Positions 1 to 13,734 of a DNA stretch of 64,000 nucleotides are shown piece by piece. The notes under the pieces are model-generated. The model was not told the origin of the DNA, did not search any database, and saw only the letters and a list, made by a program, of their open reading frames with translations. The stretch is from Mizuhopecten yessoensis (taxonomy: Eukaryota), in NCBI RefSeq assembly GCF_002113885.1, contig NW_018405926.1:861464-925463 (forward strand), given 5' to 3'. Each line of letters starts with the position of its first letter. The stretch's first letter is position 1. The translations under genes and the position numbers were made by a program.

Positions 1-3000
1 ACATAGCGGTCCAAACCATGGGAATGGAGGACCTTGACAGTACATAGCGGTCCAAACCATGGGAATGGAGGACCTTGACAGTACATAGCGGTCTAAACCA
101 TGGGAATGAAGGACCTTGACAGTACATAGCGGTCCAAACCATGACAATGGAGGACAGTAATGAGGGAACTTGACAGTACATAGCGATCCAAACCATGGAA
201 ATGGAGGACCTTGACAGTACATAGGGGTCCAAACCATGGGAATGGAGGACCATGACAGTACATAGTTGTCCAAACCATGGGATTGTAGCACCTTGCCAGT
301 ATATAGCGCTCAAAACCATGTGAATTGAGGACCTTGACAGAACATAGCATTCCAAATCATGGGAATTAAGAGCTCGACATTACATAGCGGTCCAAACCAT
401 GGAAATGGAGGACGTTGACATAACAAATCGGTCCAAACATTGGGAATTGAGGACCTTAACAGTACAAAGCAGTCCAAACCAAGGGAATGGAGGACCTTGA
501 CAGTACATAGCTTTCAAAACCATGGGAATGGGGGACCTTGACAGAACATAGCGGTCCAAACCATGGGAATGGAGGACCTTGACAGTACATAGCGGTCTAA
601 ACCATGGGAATGGAGGACTGTAATGGAGGACCTTGACAGTACATAACGGTCCAAACCATGGCGATGGAGGACCTTGACAGTACATAGTGGTCCAAACCAT
701 GACAATGGAGGACAGTAATGGAGGACATTGACAGTACAAAGCTGTCCAAACCATGGCTATGGAGGACCTTGACTGTACAAAGCGGTCCGAACCATGGCTA
801 TGGAGGACATTGACAGTATATAGCGGTCACAACTATGGTAATGTTGGACATTGACAGTACATAGCGGTCCAAACCATGGCAATGGATAACCTTGACAATA
901 CATAGCGGTCCAAACCATGGCGACGGAGGACCTTGACAGTACAAAGCGGTCCAAACCAAGGCTATGGTGGACCTTGACAGTACATAACGGTCCAAACCAC
1001 GGGATTGTAGCACCTTGCCAGTACATAGCGGTCAAAACCATGGGAATGGAGGACCTTGACAGTACATAGCATTCAAAACCATGGGAATAGAGGACCTTGA
1101 CAGTACATAGCGGTCCAAACCATGGGAATGGAGGACGTTGACAGTGCATAGCGGTCCAAACCACGGGATTGTAGCACCTTACCAGTACATAGCGGTCAAA
1201 ACCATTGGAATGGAGGACCTTGACAGTACATAGCGGTCCAAACCGTGGCAATGGAGGACCTTGACAGTACATAGCGGTCCAAACTATGGCAATGGAGGAC
1301 CTTGAAAGTACATAGCATTCCAAACCATGGGAATTGAGGACCTTGACAGTACATAGAGGTCCAAACCATGACAATGGAGGACAGTAATGAGGGACCTTGA
1401 AAGTACATAGCGGTCAAAACCATGGGAACTGAGGACCTTGCCAGTAAATAGTGGTCCAAACCATGGGAATGGAGGACCATGACAGTATATAGCGGTCCAA
1501 ACCATGACAATGGAGGACAGTAATGAGGAACCTTGACAGTACATAGTGGCCCAAACCATGGGAATAGAGGACCTTGACAGTACATAGGGGTCCAAACCAT
1601 GGAAATGGAGGGCCTTGACAGTACATAACTGTCCAAACCACGGGATTATAGCACCTTGCCAGTACATAGCGGTCAAAACCATGGAAATGGAGAACCTTGA
1701 CAGTACACAGCATTCCAAACCATGGAAATGTAGGGCCTTGACAGTACATAACGGTCCAAACCACGGGATTGTAGCACCTTGCCAGTACATAGCGGTCAAA
1801 ACCATTGGAATGGAGGACCTTTACAGTACAAAGCGGTCCAAACCATGACAATGGAGGACAGTAATGAGGGACCTTGACAGTACATAGCGGTCCAAACCAT
1901 GGGAATTGAGGACCATGCCAGTACATAGTGGTCCAAACCATGGGAATGGAGAAACTTGACAGTATATAGCGGTCCAAACCATGACAATGGAGGACAGTCA
2001 TGATGGACCTTGACAGTACATAGCGGCCCAAACCATGGCGATTGAGGACCTTGACAGTACATAGCGGTCCAACCCATTGAAATCGAGAACGTTGACAGTA
2101 CATAGTGGTCCAAACCATGACAATGGAGGACAGTAATGAGGGACCTTGACAGTACATAGCGGTCCAAACCATAGGAATGGAGGACATTGACAGTATATAG
2201 CAGTCCAAACCATGGCAATGGAGGACCTTGACAGTACATAGCGGTCCAAGTACATAGCGGTCCAAACCATGACAATGGAGGGCAGTAATGAGGGACCTTG
2301 ACAGTACGGTCCAAACCATGGGAATGGAGGACCTTTACAGTACAAAGCGGTCCAAACCATGGGAATGGAGGACATTGACAGTATATAGCAGTCCAAACCA
2401 TGGCAATGGAGGACCTTGACAGTACATAACGGTCCAAACCACGGGATTGTAGCACCTTGCCAGTACATAGCGGTCAAAACCATTGGAATGGAGGACCTTT
2501 ACAGTACATAGCGGTCCAAACCATGGGAATGGAGGACCTTGACAGTACACAGCGGTCCAAACCATGGCAATTGAGAGCCTTGACAGTACATAACGGTCCA
2601 AACCACGGGATTGTAGCATCTTGCCAGTACATAGCGGTCAAAACCATGGGAAACGAGGACCTTGACAGTACATAGCATTCCAAACCATGGGAATTGAGGA
2701 CCTTGACAGTACATAGCGGTCCAAACTATGGCAATGCAGGACTTTGACAGTCCATAGCGGTCCAAACCATGACAATGGAGGACAGTAATGAGGGACCTTG
2801 ACAGTACATAGCGGTCAAAACCATGGGAATGGAGAAACTTGACAGTATATAGCGGTCCAAACCATGACAATGGAGGACAGTAATGATGGACCTTGACAGT
2901 ACATAGCGGCCCAAACCATGGGAATGGAGGACCTTGACATTACATAGCGGTCTAAACCATTGGAATGGAGGACCTTGACAGTACATAGCGGTCCAAACCA

Positions 3001-4285
3001 CGGGATTGTAGCACCTTGCCAGTACATAGTGGTCCAAACCATTGGAATGGAGGACCGTGACAGTACATAGCGGTCGAAACCATGACAATGGAGGACAGTA
3101 ATGAGGGACTTTGACAGTACATAGCGGTCCAAACCATAGGAATGGAGGACCTTGACAGTACATAGCGGTCCAAACCATGGGTATGGAGGACCTTGACAGT
3201 ACAAAGCGGTCCAAACCATGGGAATGGAGGACCTTGACAGTACATAGCGGTCCAAACCGTGGCAATGGAGGACCTTGACAGTACATAGCGGTCCAAACTA
3301 TGGCAATGGAGGGCCTTGAAAGTACATAGCATTCCAAACCATGGGAATTGAGGACCTTGACAGTACATAGAGGTCCAAACCATGACAATGGAGGACAGTA
3401 ATGAGGGAACTTGACAGTACATAGCGGTCCAAAACATGGGAATTGAGGACCTTGCCAGTATATAGTGGTCCTAACCATGGGAATGGTGAAACTTGACAGT
3501 ATATAGCGGTCCAAACCATGACAATGGAGGACAGGAATGATTGCCCTTGACAGTACATAGTGGCCCAAACCATGGAAATGGAGGACCTTGACAGTACACA
3601 GCGGTCCAAAACCTGGGAATGGAGGACCTTGACAGTACATAGCGGGCCAAAACATGGGAATTGAGGACCTTGCCAGTACATAGTGGTCCTAACCATGGGA
3701 ATGGTGAAACTTGACAGTATATAGCGGTCCAAACCATGACAATGGAGGACAGTAATGATTGACCTTGACAGTACATAGTGGCCCAAACCATGGGAATGGA
3801 GGACCTTGACAGTACACAGCGGTCCAAAACCTGGGAATGGAGGACCTTGACAGTACATAGCGGTCCAAACCATGGCAATTGAGAGCCTTGACAGTACATA
3901 ACTGTCCAAACCACGGGATTGTAGCATCTTGCCAGTACATAGCGGTAAAAACCATGGGAAACGAGGACCTTGACAGTACATAGCATTCCAAACCATGGGA
4001 ATTGAGGACCTTGACAGTACATAGCGGTCAAAACTATGGGAATGGAGGACCTTGACAGAACATAGCGGTCCAAACCACGGGATTGTAGCACCTTGCCAGT
4101 ACATAGCGGTCAAAACCACGGGATTGTAGCACCTTGCCAGTACAAAGTGGTCCAAACCATGGGGATGGAGGACCGTGACAGTACATAGCGGTCCAAAACG
4201 TGGCAATGGAGGACCTTGACAGTACATAGCGGCCCAAACTATGGCAATGGAGGACCTTGACAGTACATAGCGGTCCATAGTGGTA
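1..4285. repeat. 41-bp tandem minisatellite array (about 100 units, truncated by window start)
   Basis: Unit ACATAGCGGTCCAAACCATGGGAATGGAGGACCTTGACAGT recurs at positions 1, 42, 83 and onward. It is interspersed with 54-bp variants (13-nt internal duplication, ...ACAATGGAGGACAGTAATGAGGG...) and 41-bp CCACGGGATTGTAGCACCTTGCC variants. Confidence 0.98.
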
Positions 4286-4387
4286 CATCATAAAGATTTA
4301 GGAAAACGCAATTGCTATTGTTTTCCATTTTTTTGTTATATTTCGCGCTCAATTCCATCGTCTTATCTCAATGTTTGGATTTTTGAA

Positions 4388-4470
4388 TTACAAGTAAACC
4401 AGAGGTCCCGGATTTGACTCCTAGCGAAGATACTGAAGAATAATTAGCTGTGTTACATTGGCGCCTCGAC
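4388..4470 (+). mobile_element. Degenerate tRNA-derived SINE head fragment
   Basis: AGTAAACCAGAGGTCCCGGATTTGACTCCTAGC resembles a tRNA anticodon/variable/T-arm region with a decayed B box (GGTTCGANTCC). Confidence 0.4.
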
Positions 4471-4567
4471 TGACCCTGGGAAATAATGATAAAAAACTTA
4501 GCTATACTTTCATAAGATAAAACATTGGCGATATAACAAGGTTAGGGTTTACATGCTACATGTATAT

Positions 4568-5110
4568 TTATTATATTACTGGCGTTAATTCCCAGCCGTG
4601 ATTGGAGGAGCGACGTCATGTGCTGAGTCTGTAAATATGTTACAGACCTCGTTCTATGAATAGAAAAGTGTTACAGACCTCGACCTATAAATAGAAAAGT
4701 GTTACAGACCGCTGCTTAAAATAGGCCTAGATATTTTCCCAGCCAGTCTATAATTCTGTTACCAATTCCACTACTGAATTTAACTACAAATTCATTATCT
4801 CATCAAATTCTAAAATATGAATATTGATGATGTCGATTGTGCAAACAATATTTACTTGAAATCAATATCACATGAATTAAATCTGAATTCAATTTGTGTA
4901 TATGTTAGTTAATGTGTATTTGAAGTCCTTCATTCTGTGATTCCAAAATGTTCCTAGCCATTCCTGTGTTAAAGTCTTGAAAAAATATTTATCTCATTGT
5001 AAAATGTCATATAATAATACCATTGTGGACTTCAGTTTCGGTCTATCCCTGATTTATGGACCTGGTTTGTAAATCAGGGATAGACCTCACCTGAAGTCTA
5101 TAATTGTATA
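4568..5110 (+). mobile_element. Non-autonomous hairpin-terminated element (Crypton-like)
   Basis: 5' GATTGG motif and three internal GTTACAGACC repeats (4639-4710). Terminal hairpin GACTTCAG..GGTCTATCCCTGATTTA / TAAATCAGGGATAGACC..CTGAAGTC at 5028-5098. The family label comes from recalled architecture and is unverified. Confidence 0.55.
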
Positions 5111-8100
5111 GTGTATTTCATCATTAAAAACTTTCAAGATACTGTTCTTCTAATACTATTTTTCAATGCAGTTTTATTTATTTAGGTTGGATTAGTGTGC
5201 TCCTGGAATCGATATTGACGATAGTGGTAGAATTGGTCGCAAAGCTAGCAAAATAACGTTGGACAGTTCATCGTTATTCGTTATTGTTCCCACTGTACAT
5301 TATTCGTTATTCCAAATAACAGGTAACGCATAAAAAGTCCAACTGTCGAGCAGTGCTTCCGTATACGCGTCTGTTTTATCCGTCGGCTTAACCGATAATT
5401 CTGGCTTTGTGTAAACAAAGAACACGCTATAAAGGATCAATCAATTATTCATAGAAATATTGTAATACGACCCACAAACTTCCATTGAGAAGTTCTATAA
5501 TATCAATATAAATTGAATTGTATTTGTGTTCGACGTTGCCACACGCGAAGCTTTACTCTAAGCCATTGTGTATGTATAAAACTCCACCTACAAACATTCA
5601 TTCATGAGAAATATCACACAATGTGATATATGTATGGTCTAGTAATCTGTTGTAGATTGAATACATTCTGCATACTGAGTGTATGACATTCAATGAATAG
5701 CGTAATGGATGTTCCGTTATGTTAAATCAGGTTTCCTGTAGCTAATGAACTCGGTTCGCTGAAAGTAGTTCCAGGGTTTTAGGTTGTCCGTAACATGGGT
5801 CACTTTTAGTAATAGGTGAGGACGAAGTCCCATTCATTACGTTCATTAAAATTTCTGAACAATTTTTGTCTACTTTGCTGAAACAGTTATCAAATTGAAC
5901 AGCATGTGACGTTAACATTTCTATCAAACTTCTCAGTCGCCAGAATTGTATTTGGTTGTGGTGCAGGAAACGAAAGTCGTCTCGAAACACTTGATTTCAC
6001 CTATGATCTTTTGTGAGGTTTTATTTTTGTCCTAATGTATATGTGCGTGTCGCCATGTGTATGGGAGAGGAGAGTTCGTCGTAGTCTATATATTTTCATT
6101 TTTGCTTAGGTAACGTCTTTTTCATTTAACTTATTTACGAAAGGAATTTCAAAGTTTATCCAGAACAAATTGCCAGAAGGATGTTAGGGTTTGGAGGTTT
6201 CATCGCAATGCTTAATATAAAACAGTCAAAAGTAAACAAGAGATTATCAACGAGCAAACAAAACGAAATTCAAAATTGAAATCGTAAAAAAAAGTAGGTA
6301 CAAAATATAAACAAGGGGACAATTCACATGATTTATTGACAAAAAGCAAAAGGTAAATAACCCAACTGTTCTGGATCGTAAGCGTCGTGCGTAAGTATAG
6401 GTCAATTTTAAGTAATGTCATATCCTCAAAGCAAGTACTACTGGGGGAGTAAAGTGATGCATGTCATCACAAACTCTGAATCAACAGTGGGACAACAGAA
6501 TAAACGATGACTGGATTTTAATTAAATTTGATTTATTTTAACATCAGTTGGGAAACAAGATGTTCCAACTTACTTTAATCACTCTTGTTTGGCCGAATGG
6601 TAGCGCGCAAGGGCTCTTAATGTGAGAGGAAACGATCATACCCGGACAGGGAATCCCTTGGGATAACCTGGAAAACACCTCATATGGATGACCCCATAGC
6701 ATTTCACTTCCGATCGGGGAATCAGGGAAAGACATTCAAAATGCATTGCTGATGCTTTTTATAGAATATGCCTGTTGGCTACAATGCTTAATACTTGCAT
6801 GGGAAGGAAACATTGTCAGTACTCTTCTGTTGTCAAATGAACGTGTGCATGTATTTTATAATCATTGAATGGTTATTTTCATTTGCTTCCGTCTTTGTTG
6901 CAAAATTCTAGTTTTTGTATAATCTCAATTTTAACCCAATTAAGTACTAAGTATACCTTATAATTAAAGACTGTTTCTTCTAATTTAGCTAATTAATATT
7001 GACGTTAGCATTTCACTTTAGCTATTATATTGAAGTATTTTACTGCAGCTAGTAAATATTAATGTAAGTATTTTTACTTATTTTCACTATTTTCACTTGC
7101 TAGTACTCATTAAAGTAAGTAACGATGTACATGTACCTATACCACGAGATATGTGTGTAGTTACATAATATTCTTGTCGTCTCCACACGTGTAACTTACA
7201 CTCGGGGAGAAACTTTTGAGTGCTAGGAATGTTGATGGTTGTAGCAGACCTTGTTTACCAATGTTTTCGGGGTCAAGGCCATCCTTCCTCTACCGTCAAG
7301 CTCGGTTCAACCGGGATTCGGAGAAGCGAACAATTCTCACCACCCAGGAGCCATCCTAAATTGTTTCCTTTCATAATAGCTAAGTGTCTGCATAAGTACG
7401 TGTTGAAACTACTAGTTTAAAAACATTCTTATAAAATGATAAGCATAAATGTAGATACCAGAATATCAAGATAAATGTATTATTATTTTTTTATTTTATT
7501 TTTTTCTATTTTATTGAAGTATTTTTTGGTTTTTAATATGATATCAGGATAAAACGTAAAGGGAATAATTATAAACAGGCAAGTATCATTAGGTGGATTT
7601 TTTTGTTATAAAATGCTATTTTTGAAAATATCGAGTACATTAGGATTCCCCATTTTATTACAACTTATCTTAAGAGGTTTTTATCGTGTAAAGTAGGTCA
7701 ACCTGATAACATTGCTATCATCATTTGTAAATTTATATAGTTATTATAATCATCACTGCGACACTACAGTGGGAAGATATACCATTAACAGTAATCCCTT
7801 GAATGAAATTGATTTTTTTTCCTTAATTGACTTTTCTGGGTTTTTTTTTTTTTTTTTTTCAATTAATGTTTGCTTTTTGTAGACATATTACATAGAGTTC
7901 AAGTACATATGTGTCAATATCGATGGACCCAGAAATGTGTTGTTGTTTTTTATTACATAATGCAATGAGATAAGTCCTCCTAACAACTCCGTGAAAAACC
8001 TGTAAAATAAATATACATTGAAGCATGCATTATCTTTAAGAATACTGTTGGGAGAAATAGGGTAATATTTAAGAGTCTGGTAAGGTAATCAAACATTTAC

Positions 8101-8950
8101 GACTTCAGTTATAACCTTGGAGAACGCGGTGTCACTTCGCCCCGCAAAGCGATAGTTAGGTGGTAAACAATCCTCACAAGACATCTTAAAATGTTGATAG
8201 TTTTACCACAAATACAAGAGTGTGGGTCAATGTCAGCACTGAAGCTACAATGTACGGCTGTAGCCTCGTATCGTAAATAAACAAGAATGTTTTCACCACT
8301 GAAGCAGCGTTTTTTATTGTCATTTCAAACATATTATGTACTCGTGTGGCAGATAATGATTTATCTCTATATTGTGAAGATGTAATATATTGTACAGATG
8401 ATGTGAGTAAAATATGGTGTTTTACGTATGGTGTGAGTTAACCATGCTGGAATACGCCTATTGTGAGTACGACAAGGTGTCATACGGTTTGTATGAATAG
8501 CATGCGTCCAAAGGAGCTTGTGATTAAAATATGGTATTATGGAATACCGTGAATAAACTCGGGTTAATAAAACATCGGATAAATTGTTTCATAATTGTTG
8601 TAAATAATAAAGTTTAAATGTATGCGTGTTCATCAGGCATTAAGGCAAGATATTCACTCACGCTTGAGTTAAGCCTGTATTGTACAGTATAATGATAAAA
8701 CCATGACTATGTCAGAATTCGATGAAACCGCAAAACAGCAGGATACCCGAAGTTTAATGTCAAAGTTAGTCTGTATATTACTTTACACGACAGGGTGGGA
8801 TAGATATAAACAGATGGTTAGGTTCAAAACAAAATTCGGTCAGTATTTGAGAAAGTAAAAGACAAACGTGAACAAAAATTACCGATTTCATGACCAAATA
8901 AATGTTGAAACAAGGGTTTTGTTTAAGTTTAGCTTCGCGCATGAGTGATT

Positions 8951-9022
8951 TTCCCTTTAGCTCAGTGGTAGAGCGTCGGACTAGGAACCTAGGGATAGCG
9001 GGTGCGATCCCCGGTGGAGGCA
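8951..9022 (+). pseudogene. tRNA-like sequence (tRNA pseudogene or SINE head)
   Basis: A box TAGCTCAGTGG (8958-8968), D-arm GCTC..GAGC and B-box-like GGTGCGATCCC (9001-9011). The anticodon and acceptor stems pair poorly, so it is not called a functional tRNA. Confidence 0.7.
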
Positions 9023-12000
9023 CACTATTCTCTTTCCTTTTAAAAAAGTAATGCTATGTTTCCTTTGTTCATGTATTGCCCTGGTTTCATGGTTTTTCAG
9101 CTCGATCTGTGAGTTTAAGAAACGCACTGTATTCTTTATCATATTTTTCTCTGATATGTCCATAATCATAATGTTATGAGACCACCACATCCATATATGA
9201 AAAATTCAAAAATGAGGGATATTTTTATTGTGTTTTTTTTTGTGGGGCTTATATTACAAATTCTAATTCGTTCATCTTTCACAGGATGTAAGCATACATA
9301 TTTTATTGAATGGGAATAATATCAGATTTTGGATATGAGAGTTATCATTGGATTTTAGTTCTGTCGGTAAATAGTGCGGGCGATATCAATCAATCAGGGC
9401 TTAACCACACCCGGTATCATAATTGACAAGAAAGGTGTAGCACGCGCGGGTGTAATAATGGAAACGATTTATGATTGGTTCATTTGCAGCCAATAGGAAT
9501 ACTTATAATGCTGACCGATATTTCCGCCACAGTGGGAGTCAATAATTGCTGATTAAAAGTCAGTTGGCGTATGGCACTTTCAATGTCCTTCGTAATGTTC
9601 ATTGTTCATTATTGATAGACTCTGGCGTTTGTCAATTTAGAGCATGTCTTGTGCAATATGTAATGTTTTTTGATGATAAGATTTGTTAGAAAACATTCAT
9701 TGATTTAATGTTTTTACAGCTTCGGGAGAAATTGCCATTATTCTGGTACATGTGCACAGTTGTATATGTCCAGGAGAATATTGGCGTTCGTACAAATTGA
9801 GTCACACTGGTTAAAAATCGGTCGACAGGGTCTATACGATCGTAAGCAGACTGGGTTTTAGCGATACTTAATTTTTAATGAATAGCAAACAGTTATTTTA
9901 AAACAATTAAATTCAAATGCATGGAATTATGTGTAAATACATGTTACAGTGTATTATATGTAGATAATTTGTATTTTTCACGAGTCAGGAGAAGCACAAG
10001 TGAAAATATCAGTACATTCTGGTGTGTTCAATGGAAAAATCAATAAGTGTTAAAACTGTTTCATTTTTGAAGCATTTACAGCGATTAAAATGTTGTTGTT
10101 TTTTAATTATAAAGGGGGAAGGGGTCCGTATGATGATACTAGGCAACATATTGACCCCTGATGGCATGCTTAAAAATAGGTTGCACGCCATTTGGAATAG
10201 GCTAGACATCGCCAATCTACGTTTTTCGTGTATTATTCGGTAAGACGTGTTTATCAAATATTGTGTAGTTAAGTGTATTTTTGTGTATGTAATAAAGGTG
10301 TAAAAGAACGATAATTAACATTACTGTCGCTTTATCTACATAGAAATGCGTGTTATAGAACCATAATAGTATTTGCTAAAATGATTTTTTTTTATATTTA
10401 CGTTTTGATACAGTAGTTATGCTTCATTTAGTTATTTCGAACAGTTCTTTAACCAGCAAATTAAGTCTTGACAACAATAAAATTGATGACGGCACAGTAG
10501 AGATTGATGACGTTACATTAGTAAATGTTGTTATAGACTCACAACAACGTTTCAATGCATTGCGATGGAAGGAAGCAGAGCAAATGTAAATATATTTTGA
10601 CACAAACACCAATTTTTATATAATTCATGGTGTGAAAGACATCAGTTTGACCGAGTTGATAAAATATCCTCGTCGATCTGTACCACATGATGCATTATTC
10701 TACTTTACATAATGTGTTGTAATGGAAGACACTATATTTTGCAGTCGGGTGCATCACATTTGTTCGGTACAAGTTAACGATCTTTCAAATGTTAAAAAAC
10801 GTACTAACATCTGGTTTTAAGAGTTCATCATAATGTGTGTACTCTTAAAACCGCTTTAATGAACACATGAAATGTTAGGAAGGTTGTATGCGCTTCTCTG
10901 TGCGTCTTTGGAATGCATACATCCATTCGGGTAAGTCGGTGAATCGTAACGCTAACCACAAGTGTGTTAGGGTCGTAAAAACTCTTACCTCAAATGATAG
11001 AACTAACAAAGGCATCACATCTTTTAACGTGAACCGCACCGGGGGACGTATTGTATTCAGTAACAGCCGTATCACTTGAGTTATATTAGCACTAGTATTC
11101 ATACATTGTACTACTGACTATGTTCAGTTAGGGTTTGTACAGGTGCAGTTTACTAATAGAATCACGTTCGTGTGAAACGACATTTAATGTGCAATGCACA
11201 TGTGCCATACATGTATTAAAATTGAGAATCGAATAAGAATTTTACTGTAGTAATACAAACATACTTGCTATTTCATGAACGTTTCCAAAGCATAATTTGT
11301 CTTCTTATTTAGAAATGTACGTCATTGTTGCATATATTTTTTTATTTGGATGGTAATCTCTATGTCGTCTGCTGGCATATTTGATGAGAGTTTCTTTTTT
11401 TTTGTCATACCGACCTCCACTAGATCCTATTATTTACAAAATGTTACACAGCTAGGCAAAAATTATATACGCTTGATTTATCAACTAGACTAAATATACA
11501 TTTCGACTTTCCATCAATCTCGGCTACATTTTAATAACAAGGTACGCGTGTGACTATACTAGTAATGTTTGTTAAACCGCAAACCTCATTGGCACTCACT
11601 TCCTACAAATGACAATTTACAATTTCATGGCCGTTTTATTTATTGTGTTTAAAATATCCCATAATAACAATCCGGAATAACGATTTACATTATGTTCATG
11701 ATATCAAATATCTAGAATTATCATTAACATCACGGGGAGACTTAATAAGCATATTGTTACGTCATCCGGTAGCATGGAGTCGACATACATAACAGTACGG
11801 GAAATAATCCATCGTTTATGATGCACAGGTATGCATGCTTTACTGAGATATTTACCTCTATTCCAAAAGAGCTCCAACCTATCAAATGCGTTACTCACAT
11901 CAACAGCGTATGTTGATCATCGGAACAAATGTCGAGTCATAAACAATGTGTATAAAGAACACAGGGTGTTTATCAGTTATCACTCGTATACATTTATAGC

Positions 12001-12591
12001 GTTTTGATTTTTTACTGCCGTTTTATTACAATGAAAGCACTTAATACTATGATAAACGTGAACGGAACTTACTCTCAGTAAAGCGACACTATCACTATAC
12101 TAAGCTGTACTCAATTCACAACACAAAGCCCGTCCACCCATTTTGCCCGCATGTTCAGAACTAGTGTTAAAACCAATGCATTTCAAATCGTTTCGTGGGC
12201 GAGTGTTTATTTTTTAAATGGGTTCTGTTTCTCTGATAAAGTAGGACAGCAGATATGTTCGTCAAATCCTCTGATTTATAACTCAATTAATTGTAAACTC
12301 GACATTACCATACAAAACGGAACTTTTCGAAGAATCCACCAAATGCGAAATGTTAGAATTAACATACAAAACGGAAATGGACAGCATCCCTCTTTCTCCG
12401 GATTAGTGTACTATTTTGTCTTAGAGATAAGTAATTCGATATGAGACTGTGGAAATGAAAGTTATATTAATAATTGCAGGGGAGGACAAGTCATGTGGAT
12501 TAAAAATGTGGGGAGGGGCCTTTGGAATAAGGGTTTTATTGAGAATATTGCGGGAAAGGAATGTAAAAGTAACCCAACGTTAATCGATATC

Positions 12592-12763
12592 GAGTGCTGG
12601 TTGGTTATCATGTTTATCTTACTCAAGTTAGGTCACGTTCATACGTAGGAAGTAACCAGGTTTATCGACTATGAGGTTTACTGATTTTTTTTTTGTTAAA
12701 ATTGTTAAAACATTAACTTAATCGAGCTTAAATATATGTTAACCATTATTACCAACCAGCACG
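12592..12763. repeat. Inverted repeat, probable MITE or element terminus
   Basis: GTGCTGGTTGGTTATCATGTTTATC (about 12594) is the imperfect reverse complement of GTTAACCATTATTACCAACCAGCAC (about 12738-12762). Confidence 0.55.
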
Positions 12764-13135
12764 AGTTTAACGACTTTTTACTCACATACAGTTTTTATTA
12801 TATCTACATTTTTTTTTTTTTTTATTAAAATTGGGAATACACTATTCTTGTTTCTGATCGGGGAAAACAATTGTCATGAATTATGACGTCACAATGGAAA
12901 ATACTCGTGCAGCTTATTGTTCGTGACTTACTAATTTAAAGATTAACCTATGAAATCACATTCCAGCTGCTTTCCACTAGTCTAGTGGGTAACCAGAAAC
13001 GTTTCCCAACTATTAGCAGGTCTATCAAATCAGAGGGGAATGAGAAACATACATGTATAATGGTTTTGGGAGAAAAAGTGTTTTTCAATAACTGTAAATG
13101 GTTGCATTCTTTAATGTGTAGTATATGTTGACACT

Positions 13136-13295
13136 TAAGGAATGATTTTTATTTTTTCAACATTTATGAGGTCATAACAACAATGGGTTTATGGACATAT
13201 TGAATGAATCGCGTTAGCGATTCATGTAAAATATGTCCAAAAACCCATTGTTGTTATGACCTCATAAATGTTGAAAAAATAAATATCATTCCTTA
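13136..13295. repeat. Near-perfect hairpin with about 75-bp arms (probable element terminus)
   Basis: TAAGGAATGAT..TTCAACATTTATGAGGTCATAACAACAATGGGTTT..GGACATATT..ATGAATCGC-GTTA-GCGATTCAT..AATATGTCC..AAACCCATTGTTGTTATGACCTCATAAATGTTGAA..ATCATTCCTTA. Confidence 0.9.
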
Positions 13296-13734
13296 TATTT
13301 ACATTGACGAATCCTTTCAGTGGATCGATATAACAACGAATAAAACAAATAAACAGGGTTTGTTCCTGCTTATACACGGGTGCAACGCAGTGGCGAGAAC
13401 AGTGTTTTTTCGCGGGGAAATGTGACACTATCGTGAGAGATCTTAGCAACCGTCAACAACAATAACACAACAAAATGTAGTTCCATATTCAATGTTTATT
13501 TGTAGCACAGGACACGTGAATACGTGGATATTTCACAAAGCACAGTTCAATAATATTTTAAGATGTAAGAATTAAGCATCTAGGTCGGTCGTTCCGAGTG
13601 AGTAGTTTTTGTAGTGTATTACTACGCAGTGTGATCAGGTTACTATCAGTTCCCACGTGCTGAGATTCTATGAACACCTGTGTTATGCATTTATGAATGT
13701 AATTTTTGTCAATGGGTCTAAGCATACAGAATGT

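Noticed and set aside
1-4285. CRISPR-like alternation of constant and variable segments
   Set aside because: The variable parts are short, homologous to each other and reused. There are no unique spacers or cas genes, and the context is eukaryotic.
93-4291. Many long Cys/Trp-rich ORFs (up to 326 aa) on the minus strand
   Set aside because: The 41-bp monomer has no stop triplet on that strand, so all three frames are open with the same cyclic peptide. This is a repeat artefact.
8951-9022. Functional tRNA-Pro(AGG) gene
   Set aside because: The anticodon and acceptor stems are mispaired and the T-loop reads TGCGA rather than TTCGA.
10419-10589. 56-aa plus-strand ORF (MLHLVISN..RWKEAEQM)
   Set aside because: No recognisable homology and weak splice or start context.
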